DNA of 64,000 nt from positions 62,001 through 126,000 of the IMG/VR virus record IMGVR_UViG_3300044645_002359; one strand, written 5' to 3'. This document shows, piece after piece, positions 10,180 through 20,616 of the stretch. Made by a program: the position numbers and the translations under genes. Below the pieces are notes generated by a model. The model did not search any database. It was given only the letters and a program-made list of their open reading frames with translations, and was not told where the DNA came from. Each line of letters opens with the position of its first letter. The first letter of the stretch is position 1.

Positions 10180-10214
10180 GTTTAACTTTCAATCTAGACA
10201 ACAATTTCTAAACC

Positions 10215-11111
10215 ATGAAACTTTTGCTCGTTGATACTTCGGCCCTCCTATACCGCTCTCGTTCAGCACTTTGCCGGGCCATGGGAGAAATGGTTACGAG
10301 TTTCGGGGTGCCTGTTACCGGCACCTACGGTTTTTGTAACGCCTTGTTCGCTGTCATGGCGGAGAACAACTACGACTGCGTAATCCCTTGTTTCGATAAA
10401 GGAGGAAACTTTCGTAAGAAAGAAGAAGGAACTTACAAAGCGAATCGGGAAAAGGCTAGCGTTGAGCATTACTCCGACCTTAGCCTTTTGCTTGAGGACG
10501 TTCTTCCTACTCTTGGTTTCTCCCCTGTCGGCGCCCAAGGATTTGAGGCTGACGACGTTATCGCGCACATTTCTCGCAACTCTCCCGCTTATTCAGAAAT
10601 CCATATTTTTTCTTGCGATAAAGACCTTTTACAACTTGTAACTGAACGTGTGAAAGTGCTTCTATTTAGCTCAACCAAGAAGATGGAACTTGTTGACGTA
10701 GAAGGGGTGAAGAAACACTTCGGAGTAATGCCTTCGGAAGTCAAATACTTCAAGGCATTGGCAGGTGATTCTTCCGACAATATCGCGGGTATTGCTGGCA
10801 TCGGGCCGAAGACTGCTTTGAAAATTATTGAAGAGTGCCGAGCTGATAGCACCAGCGAAGGATTCTCGATTGCAGACCGGATCACCTTCCACCCAAAGGT
10901 TGTGTCTAAAGCCTCAACCTTCTTGGGGAATCTTCGCCTTGTAACTCTAGAAAACGATGTCCCCGATCTGTCTTGGTATGCTTCTTCACCACCTATAGAA
11001 TCACACGTGAAAACGTTGTTTGAAGGGCTTGAGTTCAAGTCATATTTGAAGCCTGCTCGGTTGGGTAAAGTCCTGAAAACTCTCAAAGTTCTACAAGTTA
11101 ATGAAACTTGA
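10215..11111 (+). CDS. 5'-3' exonuclease / flap endonuclease
   Basis: YKANR, EADDVIA, DKDLLQL, GDSSDNIAGIAGIGPKTA. Confidence 0.93.
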   Translation: MKLLLVDTSALLYRSRSALCRAMGEMVTSFGVPVTGTYGFCNALFAVMAENNYDCVIPCFDKGGNFRKKEEGTYKANREKASVEHYSDLSLLLEDVLPTLGFSPVGAQGFEADDVIAHISRNSPAYSEIHIFSCDKDLLQLVTERVKVLLFSSTKKMELVDVEGVKKHFGVMPSEVKYFKALAGDSSDNIAGIAGIGPKTALKIIEECRADSTSEGFSIADRITFHPKVVSKASTFLGNLRLVTLENDVPDLSWYASSPPIESHVKTLFEGLEFKSYLKPARLGKVLKTLKVLQVNET

Positions 11112-11359
11112 AAATGATCTCCCTAAAGTGCAGATTCACAACAAGTCAGTTTAGAGTCTTAGGCAACTTTGCTTTAATTGTAGGCCAATTCATTCTTCTT
11201 TTCAAAAGCAGGCAGATCGGTCTCCTGACACTTCTTCTTGGAAGCAGCCTCAGCCTCCCTTACTTTCTAAAACAAAAACAATGGGATGTCGTTGCTGTGA
11301 TCGTAATGGGAATTACCCTTAACCTTTCCGGCCTTTTCATAAACCCTTTTCTCATGTGA
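11108..11359 (+). CDS. Small membrane protein
   Basis: Three hydrophobic segments. Confidence 0.55.
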   Translation: MKMISLKCRFTTSQFRVLGNFALIVGQFILLFKSRQIGLLTLLLGSSLSLPYFLKQKQWDVVAVIVMGITLNLSGLFINPFLM

Positions 11360-11368
11360 GTGTAGAGT

Positions 11369-11440
11369 CGGATAACCGAACCGCTGAAGGCGGTTCACCC
11401 CCTTGTCTCTGAAGAGATGGCACGCTATGATTATAGTATG
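11369..11440 (+). promoter_or_regulatory. Operator-promoter module copy 3
   Basis: CGGATAACCG; TTGTCT-17-TATGAT-6-ATG(11438). Confidence 0.85.
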
Positions 11441-11575
11441 AAAAACGACTCGATTCGCTGCAAACTCGGACCCCGTGAGAAGGGCCGGAAACATAAGGGC
11501 AAGGCGAAGCCCCAAGCTCTGCGCCAGGCGAAATCCCGTCGTGCTAACCTCCTTCAAAAACTCGCTGCAAAATGA
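11438..11575 (+). CDS. 45-aa basic protein absent from ORF track
   Basis: MKNDSIRCKLGPREKGRKHKGKAKPQALRQAKSRRANLLQKLAAK; leaderless start, ATGA overlap with next gene. Confidence 0.7.
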   Translation: MKNDSIRCKLGPREKGRKHKGKAKPQALRQAKSRRANLLQKLAAK

Positions 11576-11829
11576 CAACCCTGCCCTGCATCCATCTTAA
11601 CGGCACTGGTGCCGCTTCCCTTGCCGCGGAGTACGAGGAGGCCTACAGAGCCCTTCAGAATGCCCAGAGCAAGCTGGCTGAAGCCACCTGTCATCCCCGC
11701 GACTTCTACCCTCTTGGAGACCAAGCCTGGTCTCAAGCCCGTGAAGAACGCGAGAGTGCCCTGAAAAAACTTCGCGAAGTTAAAGAGTACTTGGCAGGTT
11801 GGGTGAATCACTGCTCTGATTATTCCTGA
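11572..11829 (+). CDS. Conserved phage hypothetical (IHLNGT...HPRDFYP)
   Basis: Recurrent phage motif. Confidence 0.6.
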   Translation: MTTLPCIHLNGTGAASLAAEYEEAYRALQNAQSKLAEATCHPRDFYPLGDQAWSQAREERESALKKLREVKEYLAGWVNHCSDYS

Positions 11830-11863
11830 ACTTTTCGATAAACACTGAACCCCGTGAGTTAAA

Positions 11864-12184
11864 ATGAAAGAAAAGTACGCCATCTTTCTGTTGTTAATTC
11901 CTGTTATTATCTTTTCTTTTCTGTTTTCTAAGAATCGAGGAGGTAGTGAAAGATACTATACTAAGAAAAGTCTCTCAACAAGGGGAATAGAAATCACTAA
12001 GTCTGAAAACGAAATAGGTGACGAAGCGTGCTCACATCTCTCTTACTGCAAACAATCTAAACCGAGTGAATCACTGAAACCACCCGTGCCTTCAGTGCCA
12101 GGACCCTTACCAGTAGTAGGACTCTTTTCGGCTCTAGCCTACAGCCGCAAACTTCGACAGAGGATAAAAAATGAGCATCCATGA
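11864..12184 (+). CDS. Exported protein with PEP-CTERM-like VPGPLP sorting tail
   Basis: N-terminal hydrophobic segment; C-terminal VPGPLPVVGLFSALAYSRKLRQRIK. Confidence 0.7.
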   Translation: MKEKYAIFLLLIPVIIFSFLFSKNRGGSERYYTKKSLSTRGIEITKSENEIGDEACSHLSYCKQSKPSESLKPPVPSVPGPLPVVGLFSALAYSRKLRQRIKNEHP

Positions 12185-12987
12185 GTTCTGCGCTGAAGAA
12201 ATGATACGGTTCGCTCAAGCTAATCCCCAAGTTCAAAAAGAAAAAGACCACGAAGGACGGAGTGAAATGATTTCTTTTATAGCTTTACAAAATTGTAACT
12301 ATTTAGATTATCTCCAGGATAGAGAAGACAGCTTTTCTTTAAAGCCGAAAAATGTTTCTAATCCCTTAAGAAGTTCCAACCCGGCCTTCTAAACTGTGTC
12401 ACTTAACAAGAAAAGTCTAATCACCGAAAAAATGAACGACAACTTAAGCAGGATTAAGCCCAAGCTGAGAACCGAGGGTCGAGTCTCAGGCAACTTCGGC
12501 AGAAATAAAGTTGAGGGAAAAAGACAGACTCTGGATCTGAGCTCCAGCATATTGAACAAAGACATTTTGAGGATCCCCGATCCCCGAAAAGTTTACGAAA
12601 GGCTGGAACAAGCCTATACTATTACCACAGACCCCGAGCTGAAAGCTTTCCTAGCTGAAATGCTTAAGAAGCGTAAAGCAACGACCCAGACTAAAGTAGC
12701 CGAAAAAACTGCTCGTCCTCGGTCCGAATACTGGGAGGAAGTTAACCGTGTACGGTAACCCTGTGACTTATAAATCGCCTCTTCGAATATACGAAAACCT
12801 ACCATCACTTGTAGTTTACAAGTGCTCTCAAACAGAGACTGTGGTTGGTAAGGTTTACAAAACTCCCGAAGGGAAGTGGTTTTTAGCAACACGATATGTA
12901 AGCCATTGGCAACCTATTGAGGTATTTGCTAAGTACCAAGGTTTCCTTTTTCTAAACAAACTTCACAAACAACACACTCAAACTTGA
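12171..12987 (+). CDS. Three hypothetical proteins (12171-12392, 12396-12758, 12748-12987)
   Basis: Contiguous plus-strand ORFs. Confidence 0.5.
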
Positions 12988-12993
12988 GTCAAA

Positions 12994-13086
12994 CGTTCAG
13001 GCTGCTTCGGCAGCCCGGAAGTAGGTGACAAAGGAACGCATTCGTTCAGTCTGTTTACAGGCCGGGATTGTCTCCAAAGGAACGCG
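12994..13086 (+). ncRNA. Tandem glutamine-riboswitch-like (glnA motif) aptamers
   Basis: Two units CGTTCA-stem-...-AAAGGAACGC (12994-13039, 13043-13085); unit 1 has GGCTGC-TTCG-GCAGCC and CGGAAGTAGG. Confidence 0.72.
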
Positions 13087-13109
13087 CAAAGCAACCCTAG
13101 GAGAACACA

Positions 13110-13229
13110 ATGATTAACACTTCAGACAATTCAACCAAAGGTCTCAACCCTCTGTTTCTTATCAAAAAAAGCCTTATCAAAGAAAGCAAACTCAAAGAAG
13201 CACAGCTTGAGATGGCCAAGAAACCCTAA
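13110..13229 (+). CDS. 39-aa peptide downstream of riboswitch (not in ORF track)
   Basis: AGGAG SD at 13099; MINTSDNSTKGLNPLFLIKKSLIKESKLKEAQLEMAKKP. Confidence 0.72.
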   Translation: MINTSDNSTKGLNPLFLIKKSLIKESKLKEAQLEMAKKP

Positions 13230-13240
13230 ATTCTATAAAA

Positions 13241-13501
13241 ATGAGCTATATCCCTGTTTTAGTATTGCTTCCAGAGCCAGAAGCCGAAGAAATTCACCGA
13301 TCTGTAAACCTTTCTAACCATGAATGGCTTGTTCTTTCTCAATGCACAGAATCTTTTTCTGCTGCTTACCGGGAAAGTCACAGCCAAGTGATTGCAACTT
13401 ATGTCACTCGTGGGCAGCTAGATTTAGCTGTTGAAGAGGCGGCGAAAATGAACGGTTTGCTACAGCAACTCGATAAAATTCAAGCCAAACTTGTATCCTG
13501 A
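13241..13501 (+). CDS. Hypothetical protein
   Basis: ORF track. Confidence 0.5.
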   Translation: MSYIPVLVLLPEPEAEEIHRSVNLSNHEWLVLSQCTESFSAAYRESHSQVIATYVTRGQLDLAVEEAAKMNGLLQQLDKIQAKLVS

Positions 13502-13509
13502 CGAATCAA

Positions 13510-13908
13510 ATGCTTAGCAATGTTCCCCCTGTCGTGTTTGACATTGACATGACATTGACCAGCGAATGGTACTACAATGACAACGTCACTCGACTCCACG
13601 TGAACAAGCCGATCGTTCAACTTGCAAGAGCACTTGTTGATTCAGGAGTTCCAGTTGTGATTTCGACCGCTCGACCCGAACGATTGAGAATTGACTCTCA
13701 AATTTGGCTTCGAGGCATCGGGCTCAAATACGAAGCCTTGTATATGAGAGAAGACGGGGACGACCGTCCAGATCACTACGTTAAAACCGAACAAGCACTT
13801 TCGATTATCGAAGATTTCGGACGCCCTATGTTGTGGTATGACGACAACGCGGACAACTGCAAAGTTGTGAAAAACCTGGGAATCCCCTGCATACAAGTAA
13901 TTCAATGA
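13510..13908 (+). CDS. HAD phosphatase (PNK 3'-phosphatase-like)
   Basis: FDIDMTL, STARPE, LYMR..D.RPD..K, YDD. Confidence 0.85.
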   Translation: MLSNVPPVVFDIDMTLTSEWYYNDNVTRLHVNKPIVQLARALVDSGVPVVISTARPERLRIDSQIWLRGIGLKYEALYMREDGDDRPDHYVKTEQALSIIEDFGRPMLWYDDNADNCKVVKNLGIPCIQVIQ

Positions 13909-15117
13909 AGAAGGATCAAAAAGAAATAAGTTTAAAACCTCCGATTAAAATTGGCCTAAAAGAGGCTCAAAACCGCAGGGATTTGATGGCGACTATGGCA
14001 GAGATGAGCCAGCACTTACCTAACGTTTCTTCGGAAAAGCAAGAGCTAGTGGCTCAGTTCATGGTAGAACAACTCCGTGGGGCGGCTAACCGAACCGAAC
14101 CGTTCGGTTCTAACCCTGACTCCTAATGGAGACCCAAGCTAAACTAAAATTACCGAAACAACTTCCAATGGTTACCGAATCCGAAATTTCCATTACGTTT
14201 AACAACGAATCTTGGAAGCTCTTGTACGACCTTTTAAAAGTGAGGCAATATTCTCTCGAGCGCGATGTTGCCCGGGCAGACGAAACTGGCTCAATGGACT
14301 TTGCGCAAATTCTCCTGGACGAAGCTGCTGAATGCAAGGAGATTTCCGATCTGATCTCATTTAACATTACTCTCAACAACTTATCAGAAGCCTTTGTAGA
14401 TTAAAGTAAAGTTCACTGTTCACTCGCGAAGCTTTCATGCTATCCCCGAATACAAGGCTACGGTTAGAAAACATTGCAGATAGGATTTCAAAAAACGAAG
14501 AGGTTTCATTCGAAGAAGCCTCGTTCATTCAAAAATGGGCGAACCATAACCGTCACGCTTATGAGATCCTTCAGAGGGCTAGGCGGAGGGCAATATCGGG
14601 GGAGCCTGAGCCGGGGTCGCTTGACGATCTTATCGACGGTATGAACCTCGGCTTTGCAGATCCCTCCTCTCACCTAATCGGTCCTCAATCTCCAGACGAC
14701 CTTGCAAACTTTTTCAAAGCACCACCCTGGCTCAAAAATGACTGATAAACTCCCTGAAGAAAGCCTTGAGCTGTACGACGATTGCTTTCACGTGAAAGAA
14801 AGTGCGTGTAAAACTTGGAATTCTTGTCAGACTGATGGAACCAAACTAGTCACTTCATTGTCAAAACAACTTTGCATTAACGCCACCCGCTTCTACCTGA
14901 AAAATAAACAGGAAACATCCTTAGAAAATGTCAGAACTTACGAAGGAACGGTCGGAGGGAAACTTTGACTGCCGAGAGTAAACTGGAAACCTTGGACCCC
15001 TTAACTCCTTGGTACGAGTTTCTTTCATACTGCGAAGTTTGTCGGAGTCTGGGTGTGACTCCTTCAGTGGGCCGTTTCACTCGCTATCAAAACTACCTGA
15101 AGACAATCAAACAATGA
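13905..15117 (+). CDS. Run of small hypothetical genes (13905, 14126, 14437, ~14738, plus untracked 14965-15117)
   Basis: Coupled ORFs; MLS..TRLRLE.I, YEGTVGGKL and PWYEFLSYCE motifs recall cyanophage hypotheticals. Confidence 0.55.
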
Positions 15118-16058
15118 CAAACGAACTAACCAGCCCCATGTTAGATAGAGCCAAAGGCTGCTTAATCGGACTCGCAATCGGCGATGCCTTGGGTGCGCCA
15201 GTAGAATTTGGCAGTTACGGGTCTTTTGACCCTGTTGTTGGGTTCAGGGATGGAGGACCATTCAACCTTAAAGCGGGCCAATGGACCGATGATACTTCTC
15301 AGGCTTTGTGCTTGGCCGACTCCATTCTGTCCAACAAAGGGTTTAGCCAAGGCGACTTCCTAAACAGGATGATTAATTGGAAGCAGTATGGACACAACAG
15401 CAGTACTGGGAAGTGTTTTGACATTGGAATCGGAACGGCCCATGCTCTCCAGTCTTATAGCAGCACAGGCAAGGTGCCAGTGAATACAAATTCAGGTGGT
15501 AACGGAAACATAATGAGGCTCGCACCGGTTGCTATAGCTTTCTTTAGGGATAACTACAAAACCCAAGAGATTGCCAGCCTGTCGAGTCTAACTACCCATG
15601 GCCACATTTCAGCATTAACTTGCGCGGACTTCCTCAGTGTGATGCTAAGGTCTTATATCGTAAGTAGTGATTGCGAAGGGGACATTACATATAACTGTCA
15701 AACTAACGAGGAAACTTATGAAATTGACCTGTGTAGTGTGACTCTGGAAAGAATAGCGAATGCTGTGACTTCTGAGGAAAGTGAGTGGCATAATGTAAGC
15801 GGATTCTCAACCGACACTTTGTGTGCAGCTTTGTATTGTTTCTTCAACACGGAGTCCTTTGAAGAATGTGTATTGGCTGCGGTAAACCTTGGCGGAGACG
15901 CGGATAGCGTAGGCGCCGTAGCTGGACAAATTGCAGGAGCTTACTACGGGCTTTCCGGTATACCTCAAAGATTCATTGTTGGATTGCAGGACAGCGATAA
16001 GTTTCTGAATTTGGCAGAACAATTATTTAACTTGTATCGAAACAAAGATGAAAACTAA
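15114..16058 (+). CDS. ADP-ribosylglycohydrolase
   Basis: GLAIGDALGAPVE, WTDDT, GNGNIMRLAP, GGDADSVGAVAGQIAGA. Confidence 0.95.
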   Translation: MTNELTSPMLDRAKGCLIGLAIGDALGAPVEFGSYGSFDPVVGFRDGGPFNLKAGQWTDDTSQALCLADSILSNKGFSQGDFLNRMINWKQYGHNSSTGKCFDIGIGTAHALQSYSSTGKVPVNTNSGGNGNIMRLAPVAIAFFRDNYKTQEIASLSSLTTHGHISALTCADFLSVMLRSYIVSSDCEGDITYNCQTNEETYEIDLCSVTLERIANAVTSEESEWHNVSGFSTDTLCAALYCFFNTESFEECVLAAVNLGGDADSVGAVAGQIAGAYYGLSGIPQRFIVGLQDSDKFLNLAEQLFNLYRNKDEN

Positions 16059-16725
16059 AGCGGAAAAGGGCAAATTCATTGCCTTTGAAGGAATAGATGG
16101 ATGCGGAAAGACAACTCAACTGGCAAGTATCGCCGATTGGCTGTGGTCAAGTGGATTACTGCCGGAAGGGACTCACGTTGTAGAAACCAGAGAACCCGGT
16201 TGTTTGTCACAAGTTAGAGCCCTACTTAAAGATCCTGACACTACGTTGACTCCGAGAGCCGAACTCCTATTGTTAATGGCTGATCGAGCCCAACATGTAG
16301 AAACTGTAATTAAGCCCGAACTCGAAAGGGGCAATTGGGTACTATGCGATCGGTTCTACACCAGCACCATGGCATATCAAGGTTGGGGAAGAGCCCTAGG
16401 GTGGCAGGCTGTTAAGCAAGCCCACGAACTCGCTTGTGGTTTGTTTTATCCAGACTTTGAGATCTACTTCGATGTCCCTGCTGATGAAGCTGCTTTGAGG
16501 ATTGAAAGGAGGAATAAGCAACTGAGACGGGAGCATGGAAGGAACTTTGAGGTTAAAGACCGTTTTGAGGCACAGGGGTCCTCATTTATGAACAGGGTAA
16601 TTGAGGGGTTCGATAATGCGATTAAGCTCCCTTTCCTTAAAGAGTACTCTCACGTTACGATCGACGGGTGTCGCAAACCTGAAGAGGTTACTGCCGAGTG
16701 CATTGAGAAAATTTCGAGGCTATGA
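16048..16725 (+). CDS. tmk: Thymidylate kinase
   Basis: FEGIDGCGKTTQ, TREPG, DRAQH, CDRF..ST.AYQG. Confidence 0.95.
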   Translation: MKTKAEKGKFIAFEGIDGCGKTTQLASIADWLWSSGLLPEGTHVVETREPGCLSQVRALLKDPDTTLTPRAELLLLMADRAQHVETVIKPELERGNWVLCDRFYTSTMAYQGWGRALGWQAVKQAHELACGLFYPDFEIYFDVPADEAALRIERRNKQLRREHGRNFEVKDRFEAQGSSFMNRVIEGFDNAIKLPFLKEYSHVTIDGCRKPEEVTAECIEKISRL

Positions 16726-17564
16726 AACCTTTTCTACATGGGCGAAAACACGCCAAGAAGTACGGTGGGTCACCAGATGATTATGCCGACATCGACGACT
16801 TCATTGACAGCAGCAAGATCGCGTTTCCCGACATACGCCACCGTGCTTTATTGCATTCTTCTTTCGGCTGTTTCGTCGTCGAGCAAATGTTCGGACGCAC
16901 TCGTGTAAACTCTGCGGGGTTTACTTACTCTCCGCGAGACATTGCCGAAGACCATATAATTCAAGACCTAGGGTTTATCCCCACAGTCGAGAAATACTTG
17001 AACAACATGGAAATTCAGCCGTGGATGTCAGGTACCAACAAATCACCAAACAAACAAAACAAATTCATTCCGATCGGAGACTAAACCATGTCACAATCCC
17101 TTGACTCTCTCATTCAAGACTTCATCTCTTACCAAGAGCAATTCGGGAAGGTAGCTACGGAAAAACTCAAAGAATTCTTCGTAGAATTCTGGGAAAAGAA
17201 CCCTGCCATCAAAGCCGTAACTTGGAATCAATACGCACCTTACTTCAACGACGGAGATCCTTGTGAGTTTAGTGTAAATGACCCTTACTTCACGAACGCT
17301 GAAGGAGAAGACCTTGAGGAAATCACCCGGTGGGGTGAATACGAAGGGGAAAAAGAGGATATCTGGTCCGAGTACTCGTTCTCAGGTCGATACGGTGCTG
17401 TCGCACCTGAAGGAGTAGACCCCGTCTCAACAGACTCTCTTTCGACTCTTTTGACCTCTGAGGTGATGGAATCAATCATGAAGACAACCTTCGGGTCAGA
17501 CAACACCGTAATTGCAACACGAGAAGGGTTTCAGGTGGAGGACTTTTCGGGAGGGCATGACTGA
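16722..17564 (+). CDS. DUF6915-like protein (16722-17084) and acidic neighbour (17088-17564)
   Basis: HRALLHSSFG, RDIAEDHI.QDLG.IP; W.QYAPYFNDGDPCEF. Confidence 0.6.
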
Positions 17565-17594
17565 ACTTTCCAAGAGATAGGTTAAAAAAAAGGG

Positions 17595-17666
17595 GGGTTA
17601 ACCGAACCGAAACGGTCGGTCTCCGCCCTTGTTTTCGCTCCGAGAAAACGCTATAGTAAGAGCATG
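17595..17666 (+). promoter_or_regulatory. Operator-promoter module copy 4
   Basis: GGGTTAACCG; TTGTTT-17-TATAGT-6-ATG(17664). Confidence 0.85.
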
Positions 17667-18269
17667 GAACTCAAGTCTACCCTCTCCTCCTCGTTCTTCC
17701 GTCGGTTCTGCCCCGACCCCACCGTGATGTATGATCTTGGCGATCTCCACGCTGAGTTAAACGCTCGCTTCTTCAACGGTGAACTGCCTGTCCTTCCTTC
17801 CGACACTTACTCCGACAAGAACGGCGAGACTCGCACTCGCTTCGGCACCCTAAAGTGGGATGGCCGCATGGGACAGCGCACTCTGGGCACCTACAAGGCT
17901 TCGGCTCGCCGTGGACACGGAACCATCCGCCTGGCCCGCTCGATCGCCTCGGACCCTGTGAAGACCCGCAGCGTTCTTCTGCACGAGATGCTCCACAAGT
18001 ACCTTGACTTCAAAGGTATGGACGACGGTATTCTCGGACACGGCGAGAATTTCGTCACCGAAGCGAAACGCATCAATGAAAGCTGTCAAGCCGCTGGAGT
18101 TGACTACCGTATTCACTTCTACGATGAAGAAGTTACCAAGGACGAACCCTTCGTGATTTCCGAACTTGCTAAGAAAGAGATCTACTGCGGTAAAGACCTC
18201 GATGTAGCTCGCAACATGCAGGCTATTATGAGGGCAGCGTTCGACCAAAAGTTCGAATACTTCCAGTGA
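17664..18269 (+). CDS. SprT-like zinc metalloprotease
   Basis: LN.RFF.G.LP, LLHEMLH, HGENF. Confidence 0.85.
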   Translation: MELKSTLSSSFFRRFCPDPTVMYDLGDLHAELNARFFNGELPVLPSDTYSDKNGETRTRFGTLKWDGRMGQRTLGTYKASARRGHGTIRLARSIASDPVKTRSVLLHEMLHKYLDFKGMDDGILGHGENFVTEAKRINESCQAAGVDYRIHFYDEEVTKDEPFVISELAKKEIYCGKDLDVARNMQAIMRAAFDQKFEYFQ

Positions 18270-18290
18270 GACCTTCGGGTCTCTTTTTAT
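18268..18290 (+). terminator. Intrinsic terminator
   Basis: GAGACC-TTCG-GGTCTC-TTTTT. Confidence 0.8.
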
Positions 18291-18308
18291 TTCACCTTGA
18301 GACAGTAA

Positions 18309-18671
18309 ATGAAACCTACACAAGAACAATTAAACGAATGGGCAGAGTGCTACTTTTCGTCTGGCGCCGGCATGTCTACTATTCGAGAAACCATTATGCC
18401 AAACTTAGTTCAAAATGTTGTAGAGTGGGCCACCGAAGAGATTGCACAGGTGTTCGATAGAAAAGAACAAGCAGGAGCGAAAGGTTACGGACCGAGTGTG
18501 CCAGCTAAGATAGTACGAGAGTTAGGAGCCCCTGCTGGGTTAACCCTGAAAGAAATGTCTCTTCGTGCTCTTGAGGACTTGGTCCCCTTGGACCAAAGAA
18601 GAGGGAATTCTTACAAACTACTTGAAACAGTTCTGTCGAACATTCCTGAATCACCAACCAACATCAGGTGA
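18309..18671 (+). CDS. Hypothetical protein, distant member of the SLKE.AL family
   Basis: LTLKEMSLRALE tail. Confidence 0.5.
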   Translation: MKPTQEQLNEWAECYFSSGAGMSTIRETIMPNLVQNVVEWATEEIAQVFDRKEQAGAKGYGPSVPAKIVRELGAPAGLTLKEMSLRALEDLVPLDQRRGNSYKLLETVLSNIPESPTNIR

Positions 18672-18725
18672 AAGGGTGGGTAAATCTACTCTAGTTGGAC
18701 ACTGTTATACCAACCTACATACGAA

Positions 18726-20213
18726 ATGACTATGGCAATAGAAAGTACAAAGCAAGCCGCTGCGGCAGTCTGCGATAAAAATACCAAATGCGACAATAGC
18801 TGCTCCGTTGGTGAAACCGTTGTCTGTGACTTACGCTCTCGCTCTGCCCCACGCAGAATTGACCTCGATACACTTTACAAGTGCGACCCGAAAGATTACA
18901 TCGGTTACTTCGCTGACGATTCCTCCTACGACAATCTTATTCAAGAAGACTGCGACGTTTACGTTGCCGGTGTCAAAGTTGTCGCTTTTCGTAAGTCCCT
19001 GTTCCCAAAACTGAAGGAAGGTTCCAAGGGCGACCCAAAGACTTGGGAATACTTCCGCTGGGCAGCCCGCGATCTGTATTCTGACCAGCGCGGTCTGGTT
19101 GCCGGTCGGGAACTTACAACCGATCTCGAAATCAGAGTAACTAATGGTATTCTAAACTTCTTCAAAAAAGCCATTGCTGGGCAAGTCACAGAAGTTGAAG
19201 AGGCTCTTAAAATTGTTGCTCTTTCTCCAGATCATGGTAAGCTTACAGTAAGAATCACCGAAGTCAAGAAAGACTATCCGGAAATTGCCAAAGCTCTTGA
19301 GCCCATCGAAGCCGAACTTCGTAAGAAAACGACGAGCGAAGAAAGAAAAGTAGAGCTGAAGAAAGCAAAGGGAGAAGAACTTGCGAAGTGGTTCCCGACC
19401 TGGTTGACACGAACTTGGGCTAAGGCTGAAAACAAAGTAGAGGCAGCTAAGCTAGGGGACGACAGGTATATCAGCAAGCAGCTGCGTTCAAACAAGTGCT
19501 ATTCTAACGTTCTTGGTGCCTTCGATAGAGGGGCAAGAAATCCTTACGGTCGCTTAACCGCTACTACTCTTAAAAACTACGACGGTTTCGTGAGTCATAC
19601 AGACATCTACCAAACCGCTTGTGCCGCTCTGAAAGAAACCCTAAACACACAAGAAAACCCCCGTTGGGATCGTCTTCACGACCGCTTCGGTAACGTGAAA
19701 GATCCACATTATAACCTTTTCGGTACGGTATTTACCGCCCTCACCTTAAACTGGAATTTCCGCTGTGCTATGCACTATGACGGGAACAATTGCGAAGGCG
19801 GTATTGCCGTTCTTACCGCAATGACTCAAGGCGAGTACGAAGGTCATTACCTTGTATTCCCAGAAATCCGGTGCGCCTTTGATCTTCGTGACGGGGACTT
19901 TATTGCAGGTGACAACCAGGGTTTGATTCATGGCAACACCGCTATGATTCCAAAGACTCCTGATGCGGAAAGAGTATCCTTCGTTTTCTATTCTCGCGAG
20001 CGTATGACCTTGCTTGATGACATGGAGTGCGAGGACTGCCGCCGCGATTTCATGAAATACGCAGCTGAGAACTACACTCAGTACGGTAAAGGTCACAAAA
20101 CCTGGAATGGTGTGTGGCAGGGAATGTGGAAGTCTTCGGAATGGATGGACTTCAAAGAACTTAACGGTGCGGAGCGTTGCTCAAACACCAACTACTGGGG
20201 AACTGAAAATTAA
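18726..20213 (+). CDS. TET/JBP-like 2OG-Fe(II) dioxygenase 1
   Basis: FGTVFTALTLNWNFRCAMHYD, G.Y.G.YLVFPE, HGNT, RVSFVFYSRE: HxD...H triad plus 2OG-binding Arg. Confidence 0.85.
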   Translation: MTMAIESTKQAAAAVCDKNTKCDNSCSVGETVVCDLRSRSAPRRIDLDTLYKCDPKDYIGYFADDSSYDNLIQEDCDVYVAGVKVVAFRKSLFPKLKEGSKGDPKTWEYFRWAARDLYSDQRGLVAGRELTTDLEIRVTNGILNFFKKAIAGQVTEVEEALKIVALSPDHGKLTVRITEVKKDYPEIAKALEPIEAELRKKTTSEERKVELKKAKGEELAKWFPTWLTRTWAKAENKVEAAKLGDDRYISKQLRSNKCYSNVLGAFDRGARNPYGRLTATTLKNYDGFVSHTDIYQTACAALKETLNTQENPRWDRLHDRFGNVKDPHYNLFGTVFTALTLNWNFRCAMHYDGNNCEGGIAVLTAMTQGEYEGHYLVFPEIRCAFDLRDGDFIAGDNQGLIHGNTAMIPKTPDAERVSFVFYSRERMTLLDDMECEDCRRDFMKYAAENYTQYGKGHKTWNGVWQGMWKSSEWMDFKELNGAERCSNTNYWGTEN

Positions 20214-20301
20214 CCCTTAGGTCGGTTACCGGAGCGGAGTAGATTCAAATTTACTCTGCTTTTATCCAGCTATATTAGAACTGAAGTTTACCAAGAGAGA
20301 A

Positions 20302-20526
20302 ATGACAAACTTTGACGACCTCTTTGAAGCAGTAGAATCTTCTTCATACGACTTGTCCAGAAACCTGGACACCATACGTTATGAAATTGAAGGTCTCACT
20401 AGGGAATATGAGGAACTACTTAATCTGTTGCAAGTTTCTGACCATCAGTCAGCGGTAGAAGCAATTATTTCTCTTAAGTCTAAACGAGATCTTACTGCAC
20501 CTCGGAGAGGATCGGAAACGCTTTAA
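20302..20526 (+). CDS. Hypothetical coiled-coil protein
   Basis: ORF track. Confidence 0.5.
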   Translation: MTNFDDLFEAVESSSYDLSRNLDTIRYEIEGLTREYEELLNLLQVSDHQSAVEAIISLKSKRDLTAPRRGSETL

Positions 20527-20616
20527 CGAAGTCCATATCAAAAGCTAATAACACTTATAGAGACCTTGTGGATTTGAGCTAACTCTCTTTAATTTCACCA
20601 CTATACGACAACAAAC

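Noticed and set aside
20223-20276. Possible further operator-promoter copy (CGGTTACCG)
   Set aside because: Spacing to a -10 element fits neither class and there is no clear -35
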